From Ramazzottius varieornatus (taxonomy: Eukaryota > Animalia > Tardigrada): a stretch of 64,000 nucleotides of DNA. Made by a program: the position numbers and the translations under genes. How positions within the stretch are numbered: the stretch's first letter is position 1; every line of letters begins with the position of its first letter. The notes beneath the pieces were generated by a model. The model had not been told where the DNA came from, ran no database searches, and saw only the letters and a program-made list of their open reading frames with translations. The stretch is taken from positions 1,920,478 through 1,984,477 of the forward strand of contig BDGG01000001.1 of the NCBI GenBank assembly GCA_001949185.1, read 5' to 3'. This document shows positions 1-18,888 of this stretch, piece by piece.

Positions 1-513
1 AATCGACAGATTGTGAGTTGTGACCTGATGATTGTCTTAGAAAAAGGTTATTTGGTTGAGTTTCATATGATGGTCCCGTTTTTTCTTTCTGCCAGGTTCT
101 CAAGGAGCAACAGAAAACACAGAAGACCAAGCCTGCCAAGATGCCTCAACAGAAGGGTCCAGCTGGAGCTGGCGGACGTGTTGGTGGCAAGCGATGAACT
201 TGATGTTGTTCTGTTCAGATTTACTTCCGCCGTATCGAAAACTTTGTGTACATCGGCATACTCGGATCGCTCGTGAGCTTTTTCGGTTTCCACCCTTGGT
301 TCTTACCCCAAGTAACTTCTGTTCCATCTTTGATAATTACCTTTGTCAGAATGACACTGATGATGCCGTAACATGAAGTGTTCGACTTACTTGTTTGGAT
401 GCTTTAGAAACTGCGAATCTAGACCCTACAGCAAGTTGAACGTAGGCTTCTTCGCATAATAAGAGCTCGGCATTCGGCAACCAGTGTCTAGTGTCTATTC
501 ACGAATAGGCCCT

Positions 514-620
514 GGGCACACAGACTCAGCAAGTTTGTTTGCCCAAGTGGCGCACGTCTTCGGTCTTCTGGCTGGAAGCGTGCGCCACTTGCAACAACGA
601 TCTTCGAGCCGGTTCGCACC
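514..620. repeat. Palindromic element copy 1
   Basis: caagtggcgcac(544)-N24-gtgcgccacttg(591). Confidence 0.85.
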
Positions 621-1357
621 CGGCTACACAGACTGGACAGTTCGTCTCCTGCGCTCCGCCCCCCAGTTGCCTCGTTATTCCTTTGTCTTTCAGCTGATCA
701 GCTTTCTGGATCGGCTAACAGATAACCAGAGAAAATTCCACCTCATCCTCACCTTATTCACCCTTGTTCAACTAATGTCTTGATTTCCTCCATCTTGAAC
801 TTCCTTTGCTCTCCCCAGCTGGGGTTCGTTTCTTGGGTTAAGGGACCTCAGATCGCGCCTGTTTCCGTTACTGTACCGGCATAGGGGTTATGAATCTTTC
901 GATCAGGAATTGCCAGCGATAATGGATGGCTTCTTGACCCAGCCGCCACATTTTCGATGGGTTCACGTGTCGAACATGCCGAAAAACGAAGTAAGCCACA
1001 CGGCAGACTTGCTCTTAGACAACACGTAGCCGGCTTCCATTCGTTCGCTGAAGTCAAAGCTAGCTACCCACTAACTGGAAGACTTTCTTTACAGGATGTG
1101 TGCTCCGAGGAACTGCTGCAGTTTGGCTCATTCGTAGACTGGGTGTTCTTTCCCGTTCATGGCGAACTCCGAGATGTGTAAGTAAATTTCAACCCAGAAA
1201 TAGATTTCTTTTCTGTCTAACCCAGTATTTGTTAATCTGGTGTACTGTAAGTTTTTCTTCAGGATGGTATGCCTACCGAACATTTCTTCTTCCAGAGAGT
1301 TCGCAAGAGAGTTAAACGAGCAACATATCCGAGGAACTAAAGTCTTCACCGCCCCGA

Positions 1358-2208
1358 ATGGAATTTCTGACAGATCGGAAGCTCTTGTTAGCCGAAGCTG
1401 CGGCTGGTGGCCTTCCCGAGATCGAAAAGGTTTGTTCCCTCAGTAGGTACAGCGAAAAATTTGTTTAGGAATTACGTTTATCTGTTTTTCAAGTTTTCAG
1501 AAGGATGTGGGAACCATGACGGAAAATTCTACAGCGCTAGATATACTTCAGGCTGCCATCGTGGGGGACCGACTAATCACAGCTGCCTCTACAAAGCCAA
1601 ATTCCGACACAAGGTACTTCCTCATCTTTGATTTTTTAGGGTTAGTAAGGTTGAAACTGCGCTACTTAAGTCACGGATCGTTAAAGCAGTAACATAATAC
1701 TGTAGTAGATTAATTTCCTAGTGAGGAAGCGATTACTGTTCCCGACGGCCTGCACTCTGCGGTGATCTACGAAACGGCTCCGAACGGTCCTCTCAAACCA
1801 GCCGTAACGAAGCTGGCCTCCCAGCGATCCACGCAAATTCATCCATCGCGATCCGTCCTTCCTGCTGCACTTCAAAGGATCGGCGCACCAAAGGGCTTTC
1901 CAAGCAAGCGGACCACCAGCGTGACTGCTAAGCGGACCTCGTTGGAGCCTGCTACAAAGGAGGCAGCGAAGAAGCCGAAGAACGATGCAGCAGAGACGAA
2001 GGCTAATCCGGAGAAACCAAGATACCCGTGCACCTACGAGGGCTGCGAACGCCAGAAAGATCCGTACAAGTTGAAGTATGCTTACGATAACCACATGAAG
2101 AAACATCGAGAACAGGAACTCGGAATGGCTAAGGTCGCTGCTCCGCGAAGCCAACGCAGCCTCTCCGCGAGCCGCTCTCGTGGTAGCGGTAGGAGTAAGG
2201 CCCGATAG
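1358..2208 (+). CDS. Small basic protein with one C2H2 zinc finger (exons ~1358-1429, 1501-1613, 1722-2208)
   Basis: GT-AG introns 1430-1500 and 1614-1721 join in frame. Motif YPCTYEGCERQKDPYKLKYAYDNHMKKH (C-x4-C...H-x3-H) and an Arg/Ser-rich tail. Confidence 0.6.
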
Positions 2209-3280
2209 ACTTTTATAGTTCCAGGAAGTTCTTACTTTACCGACCTGACGTTGTTGCTTTTCTTACCATCCTATAACTTGGCTTCTTTTTCCTAATTCAT
2301 GAACTTCCTTCCTTCACGTTTCCAGATTTAACCCATGAGATCTTAGCCTCTTTCTTTTCTTGTTGACATTTGCTTACAGAGTTTCTGGTTCCAAAAAGGT
2401 TTTTCATTCCCGTTGTTTCAGACAGGTCACGGCGTTCTTCTTTTTTAGCCCTTTTCTGTAGAAGGTTTCCGAAGCTTTTTGAATTTCAAGGCTTTGGGAT
2501 TTCATGTTTGGGCGTTGTCGACGGTTTACTTCGGCCGCAATGTTCTTCGGTCAACAAATTGTACTTTCCCAATAAAATTCAATCGGTTTTGCATCCGCCT
2601 GCAGCTCCTCGGAGCAGTACGGTATAAATTTTGTCAGACGGGCATGTCGATCGATATCCTGCATTCAAGTTCGCCAACCATTACTGTTCTTCAGCCATCA
2701 CTGTGGCTTTGTCGGAACATATTTTACAAGGTCATATTTTATTCAACAAGACACACTGTACCATGACAGGGAAAAGAGCTACGACATTGAATGTTCACAG
2801 AACATACCGTAGAGCTATCAGGATCGTAAAGATACGATAGAATACTACAACACCCCAAATTCAGGAAAGAAGGATGGATGGATGATGGATGAAACACACA
2901 AACGAAGTACTACTCTACGAGTGCAAGGCGACGACAAACAAACTTGTCAAACTAAAAGGTAGCAGAATATCTGCCGACATTTGTGTTGTGTAACGTGTTC
3001 AATGTCGGAAAAGGTGATGGCAGGGGTAATGGCGGACGTGAGCTACATCAGACAGGACCAGCCTGCCACTATAGACCCAACGCCTGAATCCATCCCCACC
3101 TTCTCACTTCCAACAAAACAGACCAGTACTAGAGCCGATAGACTATGTAGAATAGTAGAGAATAACAAGGCAGTTCCTCATACAGAGGTGACTTTTCTTT
3201 GATGTGGACGATAATCTTTCAACAGGGCGAGTAAAATGGACGGAGTGATGTCATTTTCGTCTGTGCGCTCGAGAGAGTTC

Positions 3281-6200
3281 TTACTGGGCGAATGGCTGGC
3301 AGAACTGGTACACCAAACGCTGCGAACGAGCAGTCTTCTTCATGATGCCTTTCTTGTAGTATTGACGGATGGAGCGGCTCAGCTTGTCGTAGTTCATGGC
3401 CGGACGGTTCTTGCGGAGACCCCACAGACGCGCAACTCGGACGGAGTCTTCGATTTTGAAGATGCCTAAGAGCAAAAACATCCCATTTCATTGTAAACTA
3501 TACTGTATAAAAGAGCTTGTTTCACTTCTGAGCGCCCTGCATGAGCCTGAGGACAACTTTTCTGCAGAGTTCGTCTCCATATGAGAAGTCAAAAGACGGT
3601 CGGCATCCAAAACGACCATCTATCACCCACCTGCATACGCGACCCTGTGGAATTACTCTGTCGATCAAGTATGCAGGTACATGGAAGACGCTGCGGTTTG
3701 GTAGTCAGCCTTCGTCATGACAGAAAGTTCGAGGTTGAGTAAAATTACCTTCCGAATGGTTGATCCAGCGGATGGCCGATCCATGCTGATTGGGCTTGGA
3801 CAACAGTTCCTTCAGGAAAGTCCACAAGTGCGTGTGAGCACCAGTGGTGTTGCCTGAATGCTCATAGCTGTCTCCCATGGTGCTCTCATCTACGAAAACA
3901 AAGCCACTGTTGCAGACAGGTTCGTTAGAGAAGTAGATTATGTGCAGACTGCCAGACGGAAGAGCTCAGTATTACCATCAGAAATCGGATCCATCATACC
4001 GTCCACACCTTCGTCGATAGATGATCGGGTGGAGATGGGACTTCCGTGCGGTCGGAATGGTGTGTAGACGCCACCGTTGAACGAGCCACGCGGACCCGCA
4101 CAAACCTGCATACTGAGATTGCTGGCTGGGTCATAGACCAAGTCTTGAAGCGAAACGTCCGTCTTCACCCCCCGACTTTGACCCATCATTGGGTGTTGTT
4201 GTTGTGGAATTGCCTGGACTTGCTGAGATGTCTCGTAGTCGCCAAAAGCTTCGTCCAACTTGACGTTCGAAGCTACGACAAGAAAATAAAATAAGAATAT
4301 TTGTTGCATTGTTTGGTTAAAGGTTTCACTTACCGATTTTCCAGATCTCCAAAGCCGACCACAAGAACTCGCCGTATTGAGGTGAACGCAGGCAGAAGGC
4401 CTGGAGGTCGAGTGCGCACAAGAAGAGACCAGCCATGACGAACTCTTTCAGCTCGATATGTTGCGGCTCAACGCCATACTGCACGCAGGTGAAGAGCAGC
4501 CAGCTGTGGGTGTTCTGCGCCGTCCATTTGGTCGGATCTACAATCAGAACAACTTAGCATTAATTAGATGACTTCCTCGTTGAATTTCCATCAGTTGATA
4601 ATATTATCACCGATGTGGAATACCCTGATAAAATTCATCTGCATGTGGCGAACTTCATCACAGTTTAAGCTTTTGATTTCTCTAGTCTGTGACGCGAAGA
4701 CCGTTGTGGCGGTCTGGGTCGACGAAGATAGTCTGGTGCACCCAGCAGTCAACTACTTGTGTTTACTCGAGACCAGATTGCGGCATAATCGTATTTCAAG
4801 TCAAGAACTTTCCTCATGGCTGGTTTGCGAAGTTTACGAAGTACTAACCTGCCTATTTAGGTAAACCGTAAAGTTTCGCCGCCACACCTTGCGCTGCAGC
4901 TGCCAAAGCAAGCCAAGTCTAAACGAAGCACATTTGCAATTTTATTTTCACTGAAAAACCGGCTCCTTCCTTGTCTGGCTTTCTCTGTTCCGGTAACAAG
5001 GACGAGAAGGAAATTGGCATTCACGAAACCAGCTGTCGACAATAGGTTTTTTTCCAGGCATCCATCTATATTACAGAAATACTGTAGTTTCGGAGCGCTT
5101 TGAAACCTTGAAACTTCCTTCTTGAATTTCAGATTGGTAATATCAAAGTGGGACGTCGGCAAATAAACTGAACATGGTAGTTATCTCAAGCGGCGCAACG
5201 TTTCCGTTGTTATTGCCTAGACGTGTGAACCAGTTAGAGAAAAGATCTTGCTCAAGTCATTTGCCCACGTCCCAAGCGTTTACCAGAAACATATCTATCT
5301 CTGAATTACTCTCAGAAATTAATAGGTTAACTAGAAACGACGACTGTGCATTTCAAGAATGATTTATGACCGCGCCTCAAGTTAATGGGCCACTGGCTCA
5401 CTTCGGATAGTGAATTCGTTTTAGGAGAATTACCAACGCTCCCCAAAAGTCAGGTCCGGTTTTGTTGTTAAGTTTGTATTTTGTAACCTCTTCGGCGCGG
5501 CTTTATTGTACATTCCCCCGCATTATTTTCGACTGCTGACCACAGCATTCTATTCTCAAGATTGGCGTTAGTCATCCCCTCAATTTGATCAAGCATCAGG
5601 AAATGTCTTAGCGTTGACCCATCGACTCAAGTAAAACCTGCCAATAACGAAGACCCCGCGCGAATGATTCATGGTGGTGGCTGTTATGAGAGCGCACTGA
5701 AAAAGCCCATGGTTCGCTTTGCTCACTAACTTCAACTTTGTGCTTGCCTCGGCGAATCTGTGTCGAAAGGCCACGTCACGCAGTTTTGCAGGTGACATAT
5801 CGAGCTAACGAAGGAGGCAGCCATCATTCAAGCTGGCTAGCTCGATTGTCGCAGCTCAACGCCGGCCGGTATAAAGTAAAACGCATCACCTGCATAATGA
5901 TACGCTTGAATGAATGGCAAGGTACCTCGGGTACTTCGGTGGCAGAAAGGTACTTCCACTCACCAACGCACACATAGACATACTGGACAAACTTCGCGGA
6001 TCACCTCGCTTCAGAAAATGTAAAGGTAAGCAAAAACAAAAATGGCTGGCTCAACCGGCTCGACGAGTCCTTCACATGACCAGTTTCCTTCACTTCCCCA
6101 TGTCAGCCAATTTGGCTGTTGATATCGAAGAAATAAATTAACATTGGTCAGTCGGTGCATAATAGTGCGCCTGGATCCATGACGTCATCAGAGCTGCGTA

Positions 6201-9067
6201 TGGATGCTCGGCAAACAGACTCGACGAGATCGTTTTCCCGAGTGGCGCTCGTTTTTGAGGTTATTGAATGGAAAAGCGCGCCACCTGGAAAAGCGATCTT
6301 GCAGAGATCCGAATGGGTTCCGTATGATGGTTTGAATACGTGTGCTGTGCATTCTCATATTGCGCACCGGAGATCGCAGCGCTAGACCTCCCACATAGGA
6401 AACACGGGAAGGGAACATGGGTTTCAAACTGCAGAGTGGATTTGAGTGCGCCACTCATCAGGAAACATTATTTTCAAAGTCAGCTATTTCATTATAGACA
6501 ATTTTTTCCTTTGCTTTCAGCGCATGACTTTGGCCGTCATGCATTCACCTGGGTTTACACAGCTATTAGTAAAGCACACATCCCTCCGCAAACATTTTCG
6601 ATGAAATTATCTGGAACACTACAAATTTTGTTCTTACCGGCGGAAATGCAGAGACTCTTGCTGGCGAGCTGGACGTCATTGAGGCTGATGCGGAGTGCCA
6701 GTTGGTGCACCTGATCCATTTTCTCTCGTGCTAGCGCGTAGTTCAAGGGCTCGACCGGTGCTTGACTAGTGGTCTGTTCAAATCCCATTTGCGTCGACGA
6801 AGAAAAGGAAGCCGGAGTTGACTTGTTCAAACACTCGCGCAGAGTCTTTGGAGCTGCTTCCTCTTTAGCATTGAAGGCCGTGCCATACGTGACTTCGGGT
6901 TGTGCCTGGACAAGAAAACCCATTGAAAACCGTAGAAAAATCCACAAATAGGACATTCGGCAAATGAATCAAACAGAAGCGTTTTTCCGAATGGCGCACA
7001 CCTCAGGCCAGAAAACAATGAGAACGTGCGCTACTTCAGATAAAAATCATGTTCAGTTTCATTTGCCGACGTCCCAAAGTATATTACTTTCACCTACCTG
7101 GTTATACAGCATTTGCGAGCCGTAGTAAGGAACTGCCGCATCGTCCTGGGAGTAGTTCAGGACCGACTCAAAGTCCTCGTTGGTATGGCTGTAGGGCGAA
7201 GGGCTCTGCGACAGGAAGCTGTCGGGGCTGGACAGGCTGCACTCGGCGTACTGGGCGTTGTAGTTGTAGGGCGAAGATTGGAACACGTTGTCCGAGGTGT
7301 TGCTGGTGAAACTGCCGACTGGCACCGCGCGTACTCGCTACAAATATAGGCAAGAGCTGTCGGTATTAGTTAAGACAACAAAAACATGGCGGCATTGTAC
7401 TGAAACGTCAATAATGATAGCATAATTTAATATGTAACAGAGTACTGCCGCAGTACAATAACAACAATAATGGGGCGCATCAAATGGAACATTATGTATT
7501 TCCATCATATTACAATGCGTGAAACTTCGGTTACGTACTGTGTCATAGTACGATCGCAGATGCATCACCCAAAATCATCACAAAATACTTCAAAAGTAAT
7601 TTCAGAAATTTCCTTCCTTCACTGAAACTTGCCAATGAAGTGAGCTGAATGGAATATTCGGTCGCTACTACCTTAGTTTATTCTTTTAGGTGAAATCGAC
7701 GATGAACACTTCGGACGTTCTCGGAGAACCTCAAGAGCCGAGTCGCGGTATCGGTTTCGATACCTGAGGTTTCGTACAGCTCGAAAAAATTTTGCATGTA
7801 GCAAAAAACTAGGTGAGGGTTTCGGGTTTACTTTAGCTTGTCAACAAAGACAAGCCTTTAAAACGTTAGGCGTTCTTTTGTGGAGTGGCTTGGTGAAGGA
7901 TTACTACGGTAAACTTGTCACCATATCGGCGGTTGCCGGTTACAACTTCGGTCAAAGTTTAAAGAACAAGATTATGGACACTTGCTCTTGTATCTTTTCG
8001 TACGCCACCGTACTTTGTGCTCTTTATCATCCATATGATATGCAACAGGAAAATACGCTCACGTGAAGAAAGACTGACTCGAAAGAATAATTCACGCTTA
8101 CGCATTTGCTTATTCTAAAAATTGTTCAAAAAAGTCTATCAGTACATTTTTGTCCTGTTGACAATTTTTCCATGTTTGCTCATGGCGTAATTTCACTTTA
8201 GAATTTTCATCAACCTTTTGCCAGATTGCTCAGATATGGACTCATCATTTTGTGTACGCGCATCTGAGTAACCTACCGACAAAGACCCGATCGGTGTTTC
8301 CGATGCTCTTGTTTACCTTGCGAAGTTACCAAATCCGACGGTGATACTGCCAAATATTCCACGGCGAACTCATCAAAGGCAAAAATAACAGAGTATTACG
8401 AAACCTAGCTAACAAGGATGCTTCCCTTTGTTGCCGGAAACGTTGATTGAATCAAAACAAAAAGGTCATTACAATTAGGGTTGCTCATTCGAATCTCCCA
8501 CACAACAACGTATCGTGCGATCGGCAGGAAACCTGCAAGAACATCGCGTGCCAACTACCGTAATCCGACCCACAGCCTTGCTCGGCCGGTACTCGACTCT
8601 GTCAACACATTACCGTTAAAAATTCTCCTAGATCCTTCAGATCTCTTCTGCCATCACCCTTTCCTCCCATTCCACCAAGTAGTTCTTGCCAAGCCCTAAT
8701 TAGAAGCCAGGAAAGACCGGTGCGGGTCTTTCGCACATGCCAAGAACCGCGTGGTCTCTTCAGAGGACGAAAGGAGTCAAAGCAACCCGAAATCCCTTCA
8801 CGAAATTCAATTTGATTTGAGAATAATTGAACTCATGTTTCGAACTCTCATTTTCTGGAGAACATTTCGGAAGCTAACAAATGGAACGAACCAGATCGTT
8901 TTCCCAAGTGGCGCACACTTTTAGGCAATACAGTAACAATGAAAATCCGCCGCTTGAAATAATCTGATTGAGTTCATTTGCCCAGATTTTTTGGCCGTTG
9001 TTGTGAAATTGGTTTATGACAAAGATATTACCTCGTGGTCTGGGAACATTCCATTATTGAAGGCCAT
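3281..9067 (-). CDS. SPDEF: SPDEF/Ets98B-like ETS transcription factor with Pointed (SAM) domain; multi-exon, start codon tentative
   Basis: ETS domain HLWTFLKELL...VARLWGLRKNRPAMNYDKLSRSIRQYYKKGIMKK...QRLVYQF (3281-3467, ~3750-3890) matches the SPDEF class. PNT-like exon DPTKWTAQNTHSWL...GEFLWSALEIWK (~4335-4538). Putative first coding exon 9032-9067 splices in phase to 7337. Confidence 0.85.
6207..6316. repeat. Palindromic element copy 2 (ETS intron)
   Basis: ctcggcaaacagactcgacgagatcgttttcccgagtggcgctc...gcgcgccacctggaaaagcgatcttg. Confidence 0.85.
6957..7070. repeat. Palindromic element copy 3 (ETS intron)
   Basis: tcggcaaatgaa...aatggcgcac...gtgcgctactt...ttcatttgccgac. Confidence 0.8.
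8876..8984. repeat. Palindromic element copy 4 (ETS intron)
   Basis: gatcgttttcccaagtggcgcac...ccgccgcttgaaataatc; right core degenerate. Confidence 0.75.
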
Positions 9068-11469
9068 GTTCTCCGGAGGTTTCCAAGGTGGTTGCTTGTC
9101 GTCCTTAGTATTGATCTGTTATGTTGGCGGAAGAGGTGGGAATGGATTTCTCGAAAGGGACGTTTCCGGACAGTTTCGAAGGCCGCAGACCTGCTGCGCC
9201 TATAAGGAGAAAAAAACTTAGGGAACCCTCGTATACTCTTGGGCAGTCCAGCTGCCAGTAAACAAAATCAAGTGGCGCACGGTAAGGAAAGCCTTCTGTC
9301 ACGAACGAAACTTCAAACTGTGTAACTGCTAACAATACCAAAGTCAGGCCTTGATATTTCTAGTGCTTCGTAAGCTTCGAAGCTTTAGTCAAGAAGTAGG
9401 CGGTACCCGCAAGGTTCTACGCTTCGTTCTACCTTCAGTGTTCGTACAGGTATTCAACGCGGTACTTCGCAGGCTTCGCAGTTGGTACAGCCTTCGTCTA
9501 TCTTACCAAAGGCGTTGCTGGTTTGGTTTTCAGCTATTGTTTGAAACTGCATAAAACTATTTCGCTGAAGTTGCAGTTTACAGTAGAACTGGTTACAGGT
9601 GTGACGTCAGCTCTTCTTGTATTGTGAGGGCTGTTTTCCCTCACAATTCTCGAAACTACAGAGCTCTTGACCGTAATTCCTTCTGTGTTGCATTTACAGG
9701 GTAACCTAACTAATTTCGTTTCAATGAAATGGAAAGAAAGGGTGTCACTTCTAAAGCCAACTAGCCACTGTCCATCGGCGCATTCGACGCACCGAGAATT
9801 GTCTGCCAAACGGCGCGCTTGATGAAGAATACAGAGTCCCGACAAGCAAAACTTGTAGAAGATTCTCAATACAGGACATCGTTTCTCCGTCGAACTGAAT
9901 GCACGAAAATTGGCCATCGAGGCTTTCATAAAACTAAACAAAATTCTCTCAACCATCGAACATATTAGAAAGCCTGTTCGCTTTTTCGGCGATAGAAACC
10001 TCGGTGAGGTACTTTGTCAAGTGCGGGGGGCGTTGGGTGAGCGTGTTCGTTTCGCTGTAGCGCGTTTCATTTTATTACTGTCAGTTTCTTGCTTTGCGAA
10101 TTTCTAGGTCGACAAGTGAGCTCACCATAATAGCCTACCGTAACAATGGCCAGTCTCTCATCAGAAAGCGCTTCGAGCTTTACTCGTTTCTGCTGATCTC
10201 ACCGAGCGTGACAGAGCGTACACTCGTTCTTCGACGAGTGAACCGTGAGCACAGTTTCAACGAGAGCTCACTTGATAAACCTCTTAACGTGCCCTTCAGC
10301 AATTAAAACGCATCTTTCGGAGATCCCTTCGATCAAAATTCAAGTCGCATAGGAAAGATATGCTGACCACGAGACCTTGAAACGGCCAAAGAGCGCTATT
10401 AAACTCAGTGGCGTATCTCATTTTCATGACTTATCTCTTCAAAATTCACATTCATTGGCCCGTAGGTAAACACCTTATCAAACAATAAACGAGCGCAATC
10501 GACGAAGATCACTCTTACGGTTGGCAGAAGTGGGCCACCACGCGAGATGTCGAAAGGTGTGTTCCTCCTTCGGCTGTGAGCTCAGAAGGGATCTCCACGT
10601 GAACACCCACAACAAATTCGCAACAAGCTCCGAAGCACAGTTATGGAGACCGCTATTAACCCCAGTAGCAAAGAGAAGCTCTGGATTACGAGCTTTTTGC
10701 GGTGGACTTTTGTTCCTTTTATACCCAGGTCGTGAGGCGCAGGGAGAAATCTTGACCTTGGTATACGGGTGCCTCATTCGTCCAGTTTGACACCTAGGTC
10801 GGAAACCCAGCTGACAACCTGGCCAGATACGAAGTGTTTGTGGGCCAAAACCAGCGGCGTGTCTTCCGGAGGAAATGGGGAAAAGCAGCGTGAGGCCCTC
10901 TGACCTACAGGAAAACCTGTAGACTGCGCTAGAGTTCTCTGCGGATTCCTGTGGGCTCTTCGATGGCCTGTAGTCGAAGTTATGCCCAACAGGAGGAAAA
11001 ACTTCCATATCTACTGTGGAATTCTTTCCGGTATTCATCGACAACACGATTTCGTCTGAAGGGCGGCAGAGCAGGCGCACTTTGCTTGCAGTGGCTGCAC
11101 GGAACCACCGCTGTGCAAAAAGTTCTGCCAGCAGCCCTTACCTTGCTGCTTATAAGAGCGGTCTGCTCGAGGAACCTGCTGAGGCGATATTTCACTCACC
11201 TTGAACATTCAGCGGAAACAACTGAAGTACCGTTCTAGATACCCGCGGTGTCCGTGTCATTCTAAGTTGTTGCATGCTCGGTTTATTTTGCCTGCAACCT
11301 GGCCTAAACGGGTGGCGCCCCTCTTCGGAAACCAACCTGCACACAAGACAATCAACAGTCAGCAATCAACTCACTAGAGAAACCATCGCAAAATCAAGTT
11401 TTTTGTTGTGGTTTTTTCCATCCTCTATCTCTTCGTCAGGTTCTCGTTCCTGGATACTCACTACTCAGG

Positions 11470-13441
11470 ATGGATCCGCGAAACATTGGAGAGTGGAATT
11501 TGACGGAGGAAGACGCTTACCTGGAAAGAGCTTTGGGTTTTATCATACGGTACAAGTGGCTGCACGACTTCAAGATCACTCGCTTCTATGTCGATAACAT
11601 CCACGAAAACTTGCCACAAGAGGTAATAGAGATACGTACCAGCAGTTTTATCCGACGTTCCGTTTATATCAGCTCGTTGCAGTGGGTGCAAGCTTCCTCA
11701 GGATTGTCGACTGAAGAACTACAGACCCAGCTGGACGTCTTGCGGAATTCTTCGTCGACGGAGGTGAGTTGGTCGTTGAGGCAAGCTGGCGACCGGTCAT
11801 TTCCTTTCTTGGCCTCGTAGGTGCGTGCTGGCTTTCCGGAATCCTTGCGGATGTTCTTACGTGAAGCAAAGGACCTTTGCCTAAAGAGAGCAATGCTGGG
11901 AGAAGGAAAAGGCGGAGGAGCATTAGAGTTAGAGAGTGAGCACGAAGTGGACATACCTCGTCGTCTGATGTATGGTATGAGGCCGAAGAAGCTCCACGAA
12001 GTTTCACGAATGGCAGTCTTGATTCATCAAATCTGTCAAAAGTATGGACTGCGAACTGTCCTCGACCTCGGCGCTGGTATGGTAAATGGCACTCTTTCTG
12101 TTCTCTCAAAAGTGGTACATACTAGGGAAACTGAAGGACCAAAAATTAAGTACAAAATTGAAATATCCGGAAAAAACTTGCTGTCCGAAGTGATCAATCA
12201 GTAATCATGCAGTTGATTGCGCATGGCCGGCTTCGATCGGGAGCTTCGTGCGACCATTTTTCTACGTCATTATCTCCAAACAAAAGGAGGAAGTTTGCTG
12301 CGATTTCTAACCTTGATGTTTCATCTATCGCAGGGATATCTGGACTGCGTACTCGCAGAAGTTTACGCCTACCAAGTCATCGCAGTTGAAAGTGACGGTT
12401 GCCGAACAGTGAACGCCCAGAGAAGACTCTCACGGCATTCCCAGAAAGACAGACCGATCTCAAACCTTCTGAAGTACGAAGCCTTAACGATAGACCACAG
12501 CCCGGGAAGCCTCCGCGACCTCCGCGAAGTCCTGAATAAATATGGTGCATCTCTAATCTGCATCATCGGGCTACATTGCTGCGGAAGCTTTACTCCCATC
12601 ATCCTCGACCTCTTCGCCAGACTGGACGAAGGGAAAGCCCTGGTTTGTGTCGGTTGCTGTTACCATCTGATGCGATACTCGAAAAATCAGTCTGGCGTAG
12701 AACACTGTCCGCTGAGTAAGATGGCGAAACAGAAGCTAGAGGGGCTGTGGACAAAGCCGGGACCTCTTCTTACTACGGCCAGTTTGCGACTGGCGACGCA
12801 AGAGACCAAGGTGAGATGGCTCAAAGAACTCGATGTGCACGTCTCTTGCCACCACTTCCGAGCAGTACTGGAGCTAGCGGCATGTTCGAGTGAGTTATCT
12901 TGCTGTAATTTCTACTAATTTATCCTAGATTTCTTATCAGTGGTGTTTGTAGGAAATTATGAGATCAAAAAGAGGCGTCGACATACTTCACCTGAACAGT
13001 ACGGCTCCGATGCTGACAAGTTCCTCGCGACGGTCTTCACCGACTATCAACTCATAGGTAAGATTGTTCATGGATACTCATCAGAGAAATTTACGATCCA
13101 TAAAGTGGTTTTATTATAGGGTGTGAAGACCCGGAAGCGTTTTCAAAGTTACTTCGCGACGTGCACAACCATTGTTCTCAGTATCTGCCAAAGCTGCGTA
13201 TTTTTAGGGTATGGACACGCAGCAAATCGAACTAACGACCAATCTGTCGTCTCTCTCCAGTAATCTCTTCCTGCTTTTCCAGGTGTTACAAGGACTGATG
13301 CAGGATGTCATAGAGACCTTCATTGTGGTGGACAGATTAATCCATGTGAAAAGCGACTTGAATATTTCCAACGCGTCGATACTTCCTTTGTTTGAAGAAG
13401 CTATTTCTCCAAGAAATCTAGCAATAAAGGCAACGAAATGA
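11470..13441 (+). CDS. METTL25: METTL25/METTL25B (RRNAD1)-family SAM-dependent methyltransferase, multi-exon
   Basis: Motifs MRPKKLHEV, VLDLGAG-x-GYL, IIGLHCCG, VGCCYHLM, FRAVLE, ETFIVVDR, PLFEEAISPRNLAI. Paralog assignment is uncertain. Confidence 0.8.
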
Positions 13442-13702
13442 CTCGAATTGATTCTCTCTTTCCTGTTCCTGCTGTGGAAGATAATCTGCGCGGCATCATA
13501 CATCTGAGTGAAATTCCACTGTGATAATAAAGGATTCATTTCCCGCAAGTTTGCATGTGAATTAATTGAAGGAGTTCGACGGATTGTAATAAGAATAAGC
13601 AGACAAGCAAAAACATGAGGATGAAAGGCAGCGGATGAATATCGACAAGAGTGCAAATCAAAAGCAGCTAAAAAAGAGGAATATAAGCATAACAGGAATT
13701 AG

Positions 13703-18012
<4,310 letters not shown>

Positions 18013-18888
18013 CTTTGCGTCGACAGAGAAGGGCACGAAGTTGGATTTCGAGGCCCTAAAGTCCGATAAACATCACAGAGGAGCAAGAAAATGCATGCAG
18101 ACGTCGATCTCTTCGTTGGTAATCTGGAGCCGAGTGCCAATGAAGTGGTGACCTTGCAGGCGCTTGTCCCAGCTTCCCTCTGCGCTGTCGGGGTAAAGCA
18201 GGCATCCAGCCACCTAAAGAGAGAAAGAATAAAAGTTCAGTAGTATCGGAATCGCATAAACATTGGGATGAAGTGGCTGCTGAGTGCTTATCGGAGTTGG
18301 AAAGGATGATGAAAGAATCTGGATAAGCAATGGTTATTTTTGCTCAAAAAATTTTATCGGTCAGACTCAGTCACCCAGACTGTGAGTCACATCGATGAGT
18401 GATATCATGCGGCCCCTCTGGCTTGACAAAAGCTGGAAAAAAGCAAGTTTGGCAGGCTGTACCTAATATCCCAACCGTAAATCAGAATCATGCGGTACAT
18501 TTGTAGCGGTAGCGGTACCAGCAGTCTCAGAGCTTGCGTTGATTGATGGCCTGCCGCAAACCGAAACCGCAGAAATTATAACACAGCACCAAAGTGATCA
18601 AACACGTGACGGTTGTTTGTCTTTCGCGCTTGAAACAACACGTGGTACAATATGGATACGCTGACGTTATCCGTCGGAACTCATAAGTTTTTTGGTAGAT
18701 AGCAGACTTGTTTGTTTGGCGCGCACTGGATAAATGGCACCTTGAATCAACAATTCATCTCCGCCGACGTTCTCCGTTATTCCAGATGGCCGGACCAACT
18801 TACGGAGCTCTGAGCATAGGGCAGTGAGTTCTTGCCAGTAATTCTACCACCTCGCGTCCTACCCGGCTTCTCGGACCAGCTTGACAGC

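Noticed and set aside
60-900. Possible minus-strand gene fragments at the left edge
   Set aside because: Splice-like signals exist (e.g. ~390-494), but I could not build a consistent frame or recognise a product.
2871-2892. (GGAT)n microsatellite
   Set aside because: Short and ordinary.
9340-9500. Degenerate GCTTCG/GGTAC-rich stretch
   Set aside because: No definable repeat unit or period by eye.
10478-11240. 200-aa minus-strand ORF
   Set aside because: No recognisable domain; may be 5' exons of the ETS gene or noise.
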